Assembly (NCBI RefSeq): GCF_036321535.1
Contig: NC_087436.1
Span: forward strand, 18,042,001-18,106,000
Source: Camelus dromedarius
Lineage: Eukaryota
DNA: 64,000 nt
Direction of reading: 5' to 3'
Shown here: one piece after another, positions 14,356 to 28,027 of the stretch
How the letters are laid out: each line of letters starts with the position of its first letter
How positions within the stretch are numbered: the stretch's first letter is position 1
Notes under the pieces: model-generated
What the model was told of the DNA's origin: nothing
Database searches by the model: none
Seen by the model: the letters and a program-made list of their open reading frames with translations, nothing else
Translations under genes and position numbers: made by a program

Positions 14356-16033
14356 GAAAACACCTATTTCTATACTTTTTTGAAAAGGGGTACTTGGAAA
14401 AATAAGAGAAGGGTAATACACCGAAATGTTACCTAAAACAAAACAATAAAACCACATAGGCTAATGTGAACTCTTGTTACCTGTGAGGGAATATGTAATT
14501 ATATCCTGTAGCCTTTTAAATTCCTTAGAACAGTAGCATTTCCTATGATTGTGCAAAGTCGTGTGTTTGTATAATAGACCATTCAACTATAACATGTTTT
14601 TTGTTTGAAGATTCTCTTTGGATCACATTCTCAATGCACTACTTTGTTTTTGCCTCTGCTTATACATTTATATAAATATACATATATGTAAATATACACA
14701 TATAGATAAACATTTGTATATATCCAATGGTTCCTATGCATTCTTACCAATAAAATCTTATTTCCATTTTTTTCTTCCATTAGTGTAACACCTATTGATT
14801 GTAACTACAATATTTACCCCTGTTTTTGTGCTTAAGCATATAGCAAATTCACAGCCTTAACACACTCCAGACACGGGGCTCCTAGTGTCTTAAGAAGTTA
14901 AGATCAAATGTTGGTAACTTTCTCTGTTGTACCACTCTGCTGAAGTTACATGGTACCCTTTAGAAAATTAAAACAAGACAACAAGACAATTTATCTGATT
15001 GAGTAAACCTCCCAGCAAGTAAAGACATGGAGCTGCAGTAGATTTGCCCTGGTTTTAAGAGGTTTTCCTGGTCTTTATGGTCAAAGGTGCCACCATTGAG
15101 GTTTCTTGCTGGTGAAAATGGATGTTCATGACAAGGGCCACTGTCCATTACACACGGTTCTGTCTGCCCCTCTCGGTATATATATAGTTCTCCACATCGG
15201 TCTTCTCCGTTTATAGCTCTAAGCTTCTTGGGTACTTGATAAGCAACAAGCCCTCAACCCCAATGAGACGGTGAAAAACTTTATACTCCTCTGGGTCCCA
15301 GGGCCCTGAATCCATATTTGGTGTCAGATCCTTGTAAGTAGACATAAGGAAGGAACAGTGGCCAGCGTCTCAGCACAGATCATCAAAAAGAAAAGATGGA
15401 AGGAGCCCGAAAGTCCACGGGAAGGGGAAAATCACAGTAGGAGAGTGGATCAGCCCCAGGAAGGCTTCAGTAGGAACAGGCACGCCGTGAGCAATGATTG
15501 CTGGCACAAATGGCCTGTGACCAGGGGAGGTTTAGGAAGACATGACTGGTGCTGCCCCCAGGTTGAAAAATCTCTGATTGTAATGTACCAGGTTGGACTC
15601 GGTGGGCCATGAGAGATTTTTCCTGTGCCTGTCAATAAGTTTATGTACTTTTGTTCAAAGGTAGAAGCGTATTCCCTGGACAGATTGCTTTCTTGTATGG
15701 TTTCCCTTGAGTTAAACCTAGCAAGGGAGATCATAAGAGATTCATACGGTAACTTTTTTCTGAGCCAGAGTCTTAAATACTTTCCAGAGCCAAAAAGGGG
15801 AATTCTGACCCCTGGAAACCCATTGCGGTCATGCAAATAAATGCTTTGCTCCTAATCATGTTTTATGTCTGCTTCTGTTTAAATGAATTGTTTTAACATT
15901 CTCACATGAGTTGCATTGCCTTTTCTAGCCATCTTGCTACTTTTTGTTCTTAATACAGTGTAGGCATCCAATTTTAGTTCAACTCCAGCTCATCCTCAGC
16001 TCTGTGGTGGTAGTTTTCAGCAAATATGGCTTT

Positions 16034-18565
16034 TTAAAAAATATATTTTTATTGAAGTGTAGTCAGTTTACAATGTTGTGTCAATTTCTGGTGTACAGCA
16101 CAGTACTTCAGTCATATAGGAACATACATATGTTCGTTCTCATATTCGTCTTCACCATAGGTTTCTAAAAGATGTTGAATATGGTTCCCTGTGCTATATG
16201 GTATAAACTTGTTGTTTATCTATTTTGTATATAGTAGTTAGTATCTGCTAATCTTGAACTCCCAATTTATCCCTTCCTACCCCCTTTCCCCCCAGTAACC
16301 ATAACTTTGTTTTCTATGTCTGTGAGTCTGTTTCTGTTTTATAAATAAGTTCGTTTGTCTTTTTTTTTTTTTTTTTAGATTCCACATATGAGTGATATCG
16401 TGTGAAATTTTTCTTTCTCTTTCTGGCTTGCTTCACTTAGAATGACATTCTCCAGGTTCATCTATGTTGCCACAAATGGCATTATTTTTCTTATTTTTAT
16501 GGCTGAGTAGTGTTCCATTGTATACATATACTACAACTTCTTTATCAAGTCATTTGTCGATGGACATTTAGGTTGTTTCCATGTCTTGGCTATTGTAAAT
16601 AGTCCTGCAATGAACTTTGGGGTGCTGGTGTCTTTTTGAATTAAGGTTCCCTCTGGATATATGCCCAGGAGTGGGATTGCTGGATCATATGGTAAGTGTA
16701 TTTTTAGTCTTTTGAGGAATCTCCATACTGTTTTCCATAATGGCTGCACCAAACTACATTCCTACTAGCAGTGTAGGAGGGTTCCCTTTTCTCCACACCC
16801 TCTCCAGCATTTATCATTTGTGGACTTTGGAATAGTGGCCATTCTGACTGGTGTGAGGTGATACCTCATTGTAGTTTTGATTTGCATTTCTCTGATAATT
16901 AGCGGTATTTTTTCATGTGCCTATTGGCTATTCGTATGTCTTCATTGGAGAATTGCTTGTTTAGGTCTTCTGCCCATTTTTGGATTGAGTTGTTTGTTTT
17001 TTTCTTATTAATTTGTATGAGCTGTTTATATATTCTGGAAATTAAGCCCTTGTCAGTCTCATCTTTTGCAAATATTTTCTGCCATTCTGTAGGTTGTCTT
17101 TTTGTTTTGCTTATGGTTTCCTTTGCTGTGCAAAAGTTTATAAGTTTAATTAGGTCCCATTTGTTTATTTTTGCTTTTATTTCTATGGTCTGGGTAGACT
17201 GCCCTAGGAGAACATTGCTGAGATTTATGTCAGATAATGTTTTGCCTATGTTTTCTTCTAAGGTTTGTAGTGTCTTGTCTTATGTTTAAGTCTTTAAGCC
17301 ATTTTGAGTTGATTTTTGTGTATGGTGTAAAGGAGTGTTCTAACTTCACTGACTTACATGCTGCTGCCCAGTTTTCCCAGCATCATTTGCTAAAGAGACA
17401 GTCTTTATTTCATTGTATGTTCTTGCCTTCTTTGTCAAAGATGAATTGACCAAAAGTTTGTGGGTTCATTTCTGGACTCTCTGTTCTGTTCCAGTGATCC
17501 ATATGCCTGTCTTTGTACCAATACCATGCTGTTTTGATGACTGTAGCTCAGTAGTATTGTCTGAAGTGTGGAAGGGTTATTCTTCCAGCTTCATTCTTTT
17601 TCTTAAGTAATGCTTTGGCAATTCTAGGTCTTTTGTGATTCCATTTAAATTTTAGGATTATCTGTTCTAATCCTGTGAAAAATGTCCTGGGTAATTTGAT
17701 AGGAATCACATTAAATCTGTAGATTGCTTTGGGTACTATGGCCAATATTAATATTAATATTAATTCTTCCAATCCAAGAACATGGGGTATCTATTCATTT
17801 CTTTAAGTCATCTTTAATTTCCTTAGTGAATGTTTTGTAGTCCTGCTCGTATAAGTCTTTCACTTCCTTGGTCAGATTTATTCCTAAGTATTTTATTTTT
17901 TTGGATACAATTTTAAAAGGGATTGTTTCTTTACTTTGCTTTTCTGATATTTCATTGTTAGTGTAAAGAAATGCCACTGATATCTGTATGTTAATCTTGT
18001 ATCCTGCTACCTTGCCAGATTCTCTTTATTAGTGCTAGTAGTTTTTGTTTGGAGCCTTTTGGGTTTTCTATATATAGCATCATGTCATCCATATATAATG
18101 ACAATTTTACCTCTTCTCTTCCAATTTGGATCCCTTTTATTTCTTTTTCTTGTCTAATTGCTACGGCTAGGACTTCCATTACTATGTTGAATAGAAGTGA
18201 GAGCGGGCATCCTTGTCTTGTTCCAGATTTTAGCGGAAAGGCTTTCAGCTTTTCACCATTAAGTATTTTGCTGGCTGTGGGTTTGTCATAAACAGCTTTT
18301 ATTATGTTGAGATATGTTCCCTCTATACCCACTTTGGTAAGATTTTTTAATCTTAAATGGATGTTGAATTTTGTCAAATGCTTTTTCTGTATCTGTTGAG
18401 ATGATCATGTGATTTTTGTCCTTTCTGTTGTTGATGTGGTGTATCACATTGATTGTTTTGCATATGTTGAACCATCTTTGTGTCCCTGGGATAAATTGAA
18501 CTTGATCATGGTGTATGATCTCTTTTATGTGTGGTTGGATTCTGTTTGCTAATATTTTGTTGAGG
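16034..18565 (-). mobile_element. Young 5'-truncated L1 (ORF2 RT and C-terminal region plus 3'UTR), antisense to NR3C2, frameshifted
   Basis: ORF fragments [21 protein letters not shown] (YADD-equivalent) and [12 protein letters not shown]. 15-bp TSD AGCAAATATRGCTTT at 16019-16033 and 18566-18580 with one mismatch. Confidence 0.95.
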
Positions 18566-18814
18566 AGCAAATATAGCTTTGGTAATCAGACTCTGGCCAC
18601 CATCTGGGACTTAGCTTCTTAAGGACCTGTTGTATAATTTGATGCCTTTAAAGAACTTGTCTGTGATTGTGAACACAAATTAAGTAACAGGTCCAAAGAG
18701 CAGGGTGATCTGCATTCAAGATATAAAGCTCTTTGTCAGAAAGGCCATGTCTGATAATATTTGGTCCCTCAAAGCACAGGTCTAGGCATATACTAGTCCT
18801 CATTTTACTCCAGA

Positions 18815-18962
18815 AACACTAGTGGGAAACTTTTTTTTTTTAAACATTGAAATGTCTGGGTCCCATGTCCAATGACTCTGAGTTAGTAAATTGAGGGGAT
18901 CCAGGTATCTGTATTTTTGAAAACTCTTTGGTAAGATTGCCCAGCCGGGGTGGAGAACCACT
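18815..18962. mobile_element. MER5-like hAT-Charlie remnant
   Basis: CTGGGTCCCA...ACTCTGAGTTAGTAAATTGAGGGG...TCTGTATTTTT, ending GAGAACCACT. Confidence 0.6.
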
Positions 18963-18989
18963 TTTTGTATGTGTAGCCCTCAGCATGTC

Positions 18990-19150
18990 ACATGGAGCCC
19001 ACAACCAGTGTGTTTGGGTTGAAATCCTGTCCGTCTACACTTAGGTAAGTTACTTGACTGCTCCAAGCCTTGGTGTTCTTAGATATAAAATGGAAATAAT
19101 AAGAATATTTCACAGAGTTGTCATCATAATTAAATGGTTTATGATAATTG
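18990..19150 (+). mobile_element. MIR remnant
   Basis: TTAGGTAAGTTACTTGAC...ATAAAATGGAAATAATAAGAAT matches the MIR core. Confidence 0.6.
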
Positions 19151-19189
19151 ACCAGGAAATGCTGTTTCCTCTTGTTTATTTCTCTATAT

Positions 19190-19489
19190 CAGGGGCCAGA
19201 TCTGGCCGACTGATGGGTTTTGTATGGTTTCCGAGCTAAGAATGGATGACGGGAACAATCGAAAGAAAAATAGTATTTTGTGATACATAAAAAAATACAT
19301 AAAATTCACATCTTGGTGTCCATAAGTAAAGTTTTATTGAACACAGTCATGTTCATTCATTGACATATCTTCTCTGGTTGCTTTCACACTCTAGTGGCGT
19401 CGTGAGAGTTATAACAGAAGCTGTGTGTCCCACAAAGCCTACAACATTCTATAGTTTGGCCCCTTCACAAAAAAATTTGTCTACCCTGG
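19190..19489. mobile_element. MER58-like hAT-Charlie element
   Basis: CAGGGG... and ...CCCTGG termini; AAAGTTTTATTGAACACAGTCATG core; 8-bp hAT-type TSD CTCTATAT / CTCTAGAC. Confidence 0.75.
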
Positions 19490-20244
19490 CTCTAGACCTT
19501 TGCAGTGCTCAGAGCGAGGGGGTTAATCACACCCACTCTCATGAGAACAGGACAGAGAAAGAGGAAGCTCATTTGCCTTGATGTTCTTGTGCTTTTGATG
19601 CCCTGGGTTACTTTACAGGGTGGGTGGAAGGAAGCACAAATTCAACAGCTATTTCAGTCCTGAGGTTACAAAGGCACATCTTCGGTCATGGGTGGCACTG
19701 CTGTGATTCGAGTTAATAAATCACCGCCGCCTTCTCTGTATTGTTTATCCACAGCATTTGCTACCTCACAAGGAAGGCTGGCTCCGCTTCCGTTAGCTTG
19801 CCAAGCACAGCCACCACCCGCACGCAGCAGTTTCGGGGATAAACGCCTCAAGGGCCTTTAATAACATTTGCAGCTTAGTGAGCTGGAATGGTTTTCCAGA
19901 GAACCGAGAGTCGATTTGAATGTTTTTCCCGATGCTCTGTGAAACACCAGAGGCATGTAGCAATGAATCCCAAGGACATAAGGGGAACGAAATTCAGGGA
20001 CAAGCCTCTGTTCTGGCTGCCCTGTTTTTCCCCCCTCATACCCTCAGCAGGGTTTATATTATCCATCCTAACACCAATTCCCAGGGTTGACTGTGAATTC
20101 TGAGGCATAAAAATAAAAATCCAAATACAGAAGGCCAGATTCCTGCCCAGCAGTGCCTCAGTGGAGAACTCGCTCCTCACCCCTGGCTCCCACCCCACAC
20201 GTGGGTGTGCCTGTCCTTCCAAGGGTTTCTTTGAATCTGATTGA

Positions 20245-20620
20245 AATCGAGCCTGCCAAGGTGTTTTTTTGGCCTGTACAATTTTGGGGGGGTGGGGTGG
20301 GAGGGAGAGGATTTTTTTAATGCATTGCTAGCATTTCAGAATTAGGAGATTTCCTTTAAAAATGTGGACAGCCAGCCTCTCTTGAAACAGTGGACAGTCA
20401 GGCATCACTACCCCTGCATTCCGCGTGCCAGCAGTTGGCATGCCTTAAGTAGCAGCTGTAGCAGCTGCCCTGTCCTTGGGCCGGGGCCCGCAGCCTCCTG
20501 CTGCCTTACTCAAGTCATCCTCTTGTGGCCGAAGCCTCATCGCAGCTCACTGAGCTGCGCCTTTCCCAGATGTGGTTCAGGTAGCTTTTCAGTAGAGTCT
20601 TCTCTGATTCCTTAGCTATA
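20245..20620. mobile_element. MER102-like hAT remnant
   Basis: GGAGATTTCCTTTAAAAATGTGGACAGCCAGCCTCTCTTGAAA resembles MER102. Confidence 0.4.
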
Positions 20621-22235
20621 GTTAGTTTTCATTTGTCACCCGACATGCTAAATAAAATAGTCATAAAGCCAAATGCATTCACTTTGATCTCGATTGTCAT
20701 TTGGGAAATCTTTTTGTGTTACTCCATTTTTAAGGTTGAAAAAACAAATTGTAGACAGTGAGTACATAAGTATATTACTCTGTAGCTTTCTGTATTTGTT
20801 TTTAACTTCTCAAAAGGAGAGCAGGATCAAATGAGCCCAGACAATATGGCAGACTGAAGCCAGGAGAGCCTGGTTGGTTCAAGCCTTGACTTTATAATCT
20901 GTGTTAATAGCTAAGCTATTTGCAGACCTATTCTGTTATGCACTATACTTGGCACTTTAAATATGTGTTTTTTCCTGTCCTTTACAATAGCAAGATAGAT
21001 CATGTATTTACAATTGTACAGTTAAAGAAACTGACCTGTAAGAAGTAAAGTAACTTGCTCCAAGTCACACAGCTAATGACTAGATGAATTTGATTTCAAA
21101 CCTAGGTCTCTTCATTTAAATTCTAGCATCTCTCTGTTACCTCTGTGACTTTGAGTACGCCCTAGGCTGGAGTGAACTGTGTCTCTCCAGCTCTAAAATG
21201 AGATAATTTTCTAAAATAAATAAAAACTATTTTATCTATAAGAAGCAAAAGTTTTAGTTTAACAAATGGAGGTAGTACCTAGTATTCAAACATCAAGGAG
21301 AACCACTTGTACCATTTCCCCCTGCCTTTTTAGAGTTCATGAACAAGTTGGAAAGTATTCCACCAACAGTCACGGTGACTGTAGTTTCATGGCATATTCA
21401 TTATACGGTTTTACTGGGTGAAACAGAATCAGATTACAAAGATCTCATTTGCAAAAGTTCTAAGAACCTTGCATGCCCTGTTGAAGAAGATTTTATTTTA
21501 ACTTTAATCAGAATTCAATTTAAATAATTTAGAGTGTTTTTAGGCAGAATGGCTGTGTGAAATGTAATGTCTTCTTTTCTTAAACTATTAGATTGTATTG
21601 ACTTAAAGGTTGAATACATGCGGAAGACCGTATCCTTTGAAACTGCTGCATAATAATGCACAGCTTCCATTTCGTATGAGATAAATGTATTCAGTTCAGA
21701 ATACTGTAAATATTAAAGTGGAAAACTGACTCTTTAGTAAGTTATCATGTTAACTTCAAACCTACACAAGAATGCCATTCGTTTGGGGAGATTCATTTCT
21801 CACCTTTTGTTTGACATTCCTTGGACTTTAGAATCATGTCTGATGATTTCTGTTTTCCCTTGGGTTTGGCAATGTGATTGTCTTCACATAGTAATATTTT
21901 TTGGTATCTTTATTATACTGATTTTAAAATTAATCTCATGACTTTATTGACTTTCACTATATAGTTCTTTTACTGACCTGTTCCAAATCCTATGTAGAAA
22001 GCACTGTGTGCACTAAAGGACCATGCTGCGGCAGCTTTGACCCGACCTAGGCAGGTATGGTCTCATCTGAAAAGAAGCATCAGTGTCCTTCCTTCTCCCT
22101 TCTCAGTTTGCAGAAACTGCATGTCTCCTTTAAGGTCCAGACAAAAGATGGCCTCTTCATCAAGCCTCTCTTGTGACTACTTGCTGTCCCCCTTCCTTCT
22201 CTCATTCATTTCCTCCCCTCTGTGATCTCATCAGA

Positions 22236-22810
22236 CTTTTTTTTCAGCTTCATTGAGGTATGGTTGACAAATGAAATTATAATCTATTTAAAGTGTACAA
22301 CAGGATGATTTGATACACATGTACACTGTGAAAGATTTCCCACCACAGAGTTAACCAACACATACATCAGCTCACATCCTAACCTTTTTAAGTATTTTTT
22401 TCTTTACAGTGAGAACACTTAAGTTCTACTCAGCAAATTACATTTATATAGTACATATGGTATACTATGTTTAATACATGCATGTGTCTGTATATATGTA
22501 TGATATAGTATAACATTATCACCTATAATTGTCATGTTATATATTAGCTCCTTGGACCTTATTCATCTATAACTGAAAATGTGTACTCTTTTACCAGCTT
22601 CTTCCTATTCCTCCCACCTCCCAGCCCTGGGAAACTGTCATTCTACTCTGTTTCTATGAGTTTGACTTTTTTTTTTAACTCCACATGTAAGTGATACCAT
22701 GCAGTATGTGTCTTTCTCTGACTTATTTCACTGAGCATAATGCCCTCTGGGTTCATCCATGTTGTTTCAAAGGGCAAGGTTTCCTTCTTTTTTAAGGCTG
22801 AATAATATTC

Positions 22811-22864
<54 letters not shown>

Positions 22865-23033
22865 CTCATGTTTTCTTTAGCCATTCATCTGTCAGACCTT
22901 AGGATATTTCTGTACCTTGCCTGCTGAATAATCCTACAGTGAACGTAGGAGTTCAGATCATTCTTCAAGATAATGATCTCATTTCTTTTGGTTAAATACT
23001 GGGAAGTGGAATTGCTGGGTCATATGGTGGTTC
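22236..23033 (-). mobile_element. L1 (L1MA-like) 3' fragment, antisense
   Basis: Poly(T), then TTGAGGTATGGTTGACAAAT, CCACATGTAAGTGATACCATGCAGTAT and GTGGAATTGCTGGGTCATATGG. Confidence 0.85.
22814..22862. repeat. (TG)24 microsatellite inside the L1
   Basis: Uninterrupted TG run read directly. Confidence 0.95.
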
Positions 23034-26000
23034 TTCTCACTTCCAGATATTTCCTTTGCCCCCAGTGTATATTTGCCTTATTATATGATGACCCAATAAC
23101 TCAAAACTCCTCTAGGGCAAGATTTTAAACATGAACTATTACTCTGCCAGACGCCCAGGCATTGCAAGGTTTGGGAGGAAACTGCAGTTCCCAGCACAGG
23201 ATTGGTGCATCAGCTGACAAGATGAGGCGTTCCTGCCCCAGGTAAACAAGAAGATCGCACCCTGCTTCTGAGGGCAAGAGTATAACCCCGCCTGGAGCTA
23301 TGTTCTAGGCGCCCTGGGGCTCTAGTGATACATGAGACACGCCCCCTACCTTGAAGATGTTACATACATTTACATATGAAGAAATGATGTACGAAAACCA
23401 GACCTTCACGTAGGAGAGGAAGCCACAGTTACCAGTGCGAAGTTGCCAGAGCACTAAGAACAACATGAAATGGGAGTACGTCTAATAGTGGATGGTATTC
23501 TTGCAAATCTCAGTTAAGATCATGCTGTGTTATGCGGCCCAACTCACCCGATGTTAGCTGGATCCCCGAGGTTCAAATAAAATGCAAGAGTGTGTCAGAG
23601 AGAGGAGATATATCTATCCAAGATCAGTGGAGGTTTCAGGAACAGTGGAGGGTTAGTCGGGCCCTTAGACACACATAGAGAGGATGTGAAAGTGTTCTGA
23701 CCTAGTCTCTAGAAAAAGAGGAAGAACTGACTGATGATAAAGGCCGAAGCTTCCTCTACAGAAATACTGATACAAATTCCATTGTTTTATAATGGTTGAT
23801 TCGTATTATGGATAATAAAACTAAGTCCCCCAGAAGACTGGACCAGTCCAGCTACATGTGCATGGCTGATATCTGGTGAATGCCATCCACCTTATTTTGA
23901 CAGATGGAATTCAGAGCTGGGAAAAACGAGGCTATTTTTGGCCTACGAGCTGTATTTTGTTTATCACCATCCTGCCTCACTGAGGCACATTATCTCACGT
24001 AATTTGATCTAAGGTGTTAACCGTGGAATCCCTCTTGCTTTAATATTCTGGCAAAGCCACAGCTTAGCAAGTATAATAATCTCCAATTTTTCTTTGACTT
24101 AAAATATTACTTCTTTAAGTTAATGAACTTTTCCCTAATACTTTTAAGCAATTTTGTAATTGCAACATAAGATAAATACACTAAAATATATTATGTATAT
24201 ATAAATACATAAGCAAACAGCCTCCTCATAACTTCTCAGACTGCAGTGAGCAGGGGGAAAAAAATGAGGGGGAGTGAACCTTCCGTTTCTGTATTTTGTT
24301 TTTTCAATCTTGGAATATCTAATGAAAAATTTTAGTTTTTTTTTTTTAGAACATAGCTTCAAGATTGCAGTGTGATCCCTTTTTAACTTTCAACACTGTT
24401 GCAGTTACTTAAAATAAATGTATGAATAGATATCTGTACACATACATATGCAATCTTATATTTCTTTGTTGTTATTGTGTTTTTGGTTTTGTTTTTTTTT
24501 TTTATCTCCTGGAGTCCTTCTTAAATGTTATTTTCAAAAAAGTAATTTCCCTTATCTTTGACTGCCTTTTCTCATCAAAGGCCTTAGTGACTGCTCTTGA
24601 ATTCTTTTAACTAATTTGCAATTCTGAGACTCGGGTGTGGGCTAAGGACAGTGATTACAGCTCCCTCTCCTGTCTTCAGCAGTTTATTCCTCCTCTGGCT
24701 TCTCTGGCTGCGCTGCGCATTTACACAGACAACAGGGGAAGGCTCCATTGCCCTATTTACTGCCTGTTCATCCTACTGGTGGCTTTGTAGCTCTGCCTCT
24801 GCTTTGGTCCCCTCTTCAGGACCAAAGAAGCAAAGAGAGAGAGAAGGACAGAGACAGTGGAGATCATCTAACCCCATCTCTACATTTTACAGGTAGGAGA
24901 AGGGATTTAGAAAGGCTGTAACTTGAGCAGGATGTTAGTGATTTACACACATTGCAGAGGAGCTTATATATGAAAACGTCTAACATATTAAAGTAGTAAT
25001 GAGTTTGCTACTTGTGGATAGAAAAGGCTTAAAAACATCGCTGTGATTGCTTAGCACTTGCTTTCTCTCAGGGTTTCTTCCTTCTCACTGCGTGGCTCTG
25101 TACTTGAAACACATCTTAGGCCAGCTGGGAGTGAGGTGGAGAGTCGGAGGGGGAGGGTGTAGCAGGCCCCAGCCGTGGTCCAGGCGGATGGCTGGTGTGA
25201 CGCCTCGGCGATCATGTCTCAGTGGGCAGGGCTGTAAAATGAGAATCCAGGTAGACAGTGGACATGTTGGAGTTTTACCCATGGTTTGTGGAGCTGAAAC
25301 CATGTTGTAGAATGCAGGGATAATCGAGGAGGACTAGTAAGGGCACCCCAGCTATATCAGACTGGAGGCTATGACAGCAACTCGAGTTGGGGACCAAGAC
25401 CAAGGCCGAGCCCTGCCTTAGACCCCAGTCCTTTCTCTCCGATTAGGAGGATGCACATGAACACTGATAAATGCAGAAGCAAATCACCTTGTTATAATGC
25501 ACTGAACTTGAGCCCAGAGCCTGCTGGAGAGGATATTAGAAACCCAGAGTTAGTCAGTCGTCCCACCAAAGCAGACCTCTGTGTGCCCACCTTCATTCTC
25601 TGTCGGCAAAAAGGGACCGTCTTCTAGAAGCTGACCCGCTGGACCCTCCTCCAAGGAAAAGAGGACGTGGAACAGAGGCCTTGCTGACTTGGGACTTGAG
25701 GCCCAGTAGGGAAGGTTAGGCCTGGGAAACTCCTGTCCAGTGAGAGAACATTGTGCATCAGGTGCAGTGCTGAGCAAACTCAGCAGGCCAGCATCATAGA
25801 TTGAGGAGTAAGAGGAAGGAAGGGCTGGAATGTTCTAGAACTTCCAGCCTTAAACAGGATCAACCCAGGGCCTAAGCCTTGATAAGACCTGCAGGTCAGA
25901 GACCTGGCCAGGCAGGTGAGGGCTGGAACAGCTATCCCAGGCCTATTTAGATTCTTCACTTGAGCTAGTGGTTTCCAGTTACATGGGCCACTGGAATGCA

Positions 26001-26699
26001 CACATCTCTCTCATTGACAAGTGACTGCATTGATAGTTAGGCCGTCAACTTGTAATCTATATTTACAGTTAAATATATCATGCAGCCCTGCCTTTCTCAT
26101 TCCCAGCCAACAGCTTGTCTTATTTTACAGAACAATTTCCCACAGTTCCTCTCCCCATCACCCTCTCTCATCTGATGCTAATCTTCAACTCCAAGTGGTA
26201 AAATAACATTATACTGAGTTCTAGTATATATGCAGCTTTGTATCTTGTACCACTTCTTCTTTGTAAGCACAAGAATTTTGGTTCAAACATACTAAAATTG
26301 TAAGTCATTTCTATTGAAAATAATTGGATAAAGGGGGACTGGGCCAGTTTAGAACGTTTAAAAAGAAAATACCCTGCTGTGGTACGGTAAGAAGTAACTG
26401 CTAGGCTGCCCTTTTTATCTCAAGCATACACATTATCTGTTTCTTTGGGACAATGATGGAACCTAGAGGCAGAAGTCGACAACTTTTCAGTTACAGAGTC
26501 GGAAAGGTGTGGAATATTTGCATGGAGGACCAGAAAGAAATAATTTAAGATGGCTTCAGATGTTCTCGCTTGGCTAATGAGTAGATGTTGAAGCAACTGA
26601 GAAAGGACGTTTGGGGCTACCGAGTAACAGAGATACTGATTAATTGGAAATTGTATCTCCTAATTGCTGTCTTTTAAGAGTCATCTGAATCCTGAGCTT

Positions 26700-27062
26700 A
26701 AGCAGTCCCTTTGCCCCTTCTCCAGGATATCTTCCACTGAGCTGCCAGAGTGAATTTTCTCAAACACAAACTGGCCCTGGACTGGCTTCCCAGTTGCCTA
26801 AAGATTCACGTCCAGCCTACGTAGCACGGCACAGCCAGGATCATCACTTTCTCTTCCATGGGCCTGTAGCTCTCTGTCGATGTGCTGTTCTGGCCCCAGG
26901 GTTTGATTTGCTTTAGGACCCCATGTCCCGCATTGGACTATGTATGAATCCCCCATGGACAGAGATCTCGTCTTATTCCTCTCTCCTCCCCTGTGCTGAA
27001 CACAATCACTAGCATGTAATAGTCACTCAATAATTATTTGTTGAATTAATTAATAAATAAAA
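26700..27062 (+). mobile_element. L2 3' remnant
   Basis: Ends GCATGTAATAGTCACTCAATAATTATTTGTTGAATTAATTAATAAAT. Confidence 0.6.
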
Positions 27063-27428
27063 GAGCAAGCAGACCTTGAATTAGTAGTGCCTAACTTAAT
27101 AAACAGAATGTATTTACTGTGGCTAAAAAAAAAAAATGTGTCCTAGAAAACCTCTGGAAAGATTCAGAGACATTGATAACAGTGGTGGCTTCTAGGGACA
27201 GGAACTGGGCAGCTGGAGGATGGGGAGGGACAGAGGACCTTTTCACCATATGCTCCCACGTGCCTGTTGAATTCCGTATCATGTACCTGCAGTGCGTTGT
27301 ATCATTGTATACCTGAAACTAGTCTAATATAATGTGTGTGTGTGTGTTGGTGTGTATGAGTAGAGCAACCTTATATCATATGGTGTCATACTTTCTTTTC
27401 TTGCAAAAATTTAGATTGTTGGTAGAAG

Positions 27429-28027
27429 TGATCCAGGAAACAGAATCACGGGGCAAAAGGATGGTCGTGTCCCAGGTCTCTACATGCCTCACCAAGTGTG
27501 GGTCCTTGGCTTTGAGCAGGAAAGAATTCAAGAGTGAGCCACAGTTGAGTCAGGGTAGGTTTATTCAGAGAGATACATACTCCATAGACAGAGTGCAGAC
27601 CGTTTTAGAAGGAAAGAGAAAGGACATGAGGTGTGGGGGTTCGTTACTCAGTAGATACAGTGATTCCGTAGACAGTGAGATCCATCTCACTCAAGAGGGA
27701 GAACAGCCACGAGGTGTGGGGGTTGTTAGTTTTAGCTCAGTGACTTCATTATTATTCCAGCCACTTTGGGGAAGGGGCTGGGATTCCCAGGATTTTTACT
27801 TTTTCTGGTCAGCCTCTGAACTGTCATGGTGGCGCCTGTGGGAGTGTCATTTACCATGTTAATATATTACAATGAGTGTATAATAAACCTCAAGGTCTAC
27901 TAGAAGTCAAATCTTCCACTGTCTTGGACCTCAAAGCCTGTTGGGAGTTGGATTTTCCGCCATCTTGGTGTTAATTGCTGTGTCAGTTCTTGAATGGCTG
28001 TTCCCTGCCCCCTTCCTTCCTGTCTCA
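27429..28027 (-). mobile_element. Solo ERV LTR (ERV1-like, 599 bp), antisense to the gene
   Basis: TG...CA termini; perfect 4-bp TSD GAAG at 27425-27428 and 28028-28031; minus-strand AATAAA at 27560-27565. Confidence 0.85.

Noticed and set aside
16531..18570. Reverse-transcriptase ORFs as an active or novel retroelement system
   Set aside because: This is an ordinary 5'-truncated L1 ORF2 broken by frameshifts and stops, with the catalytic YADD changed to YMDD.
27332..27862. 176-aa ORF, the longest in the track
   Set aside because: It runs across the antisense strand of a solo LTR, has a non-protein-like sequence and no recognisable domain.
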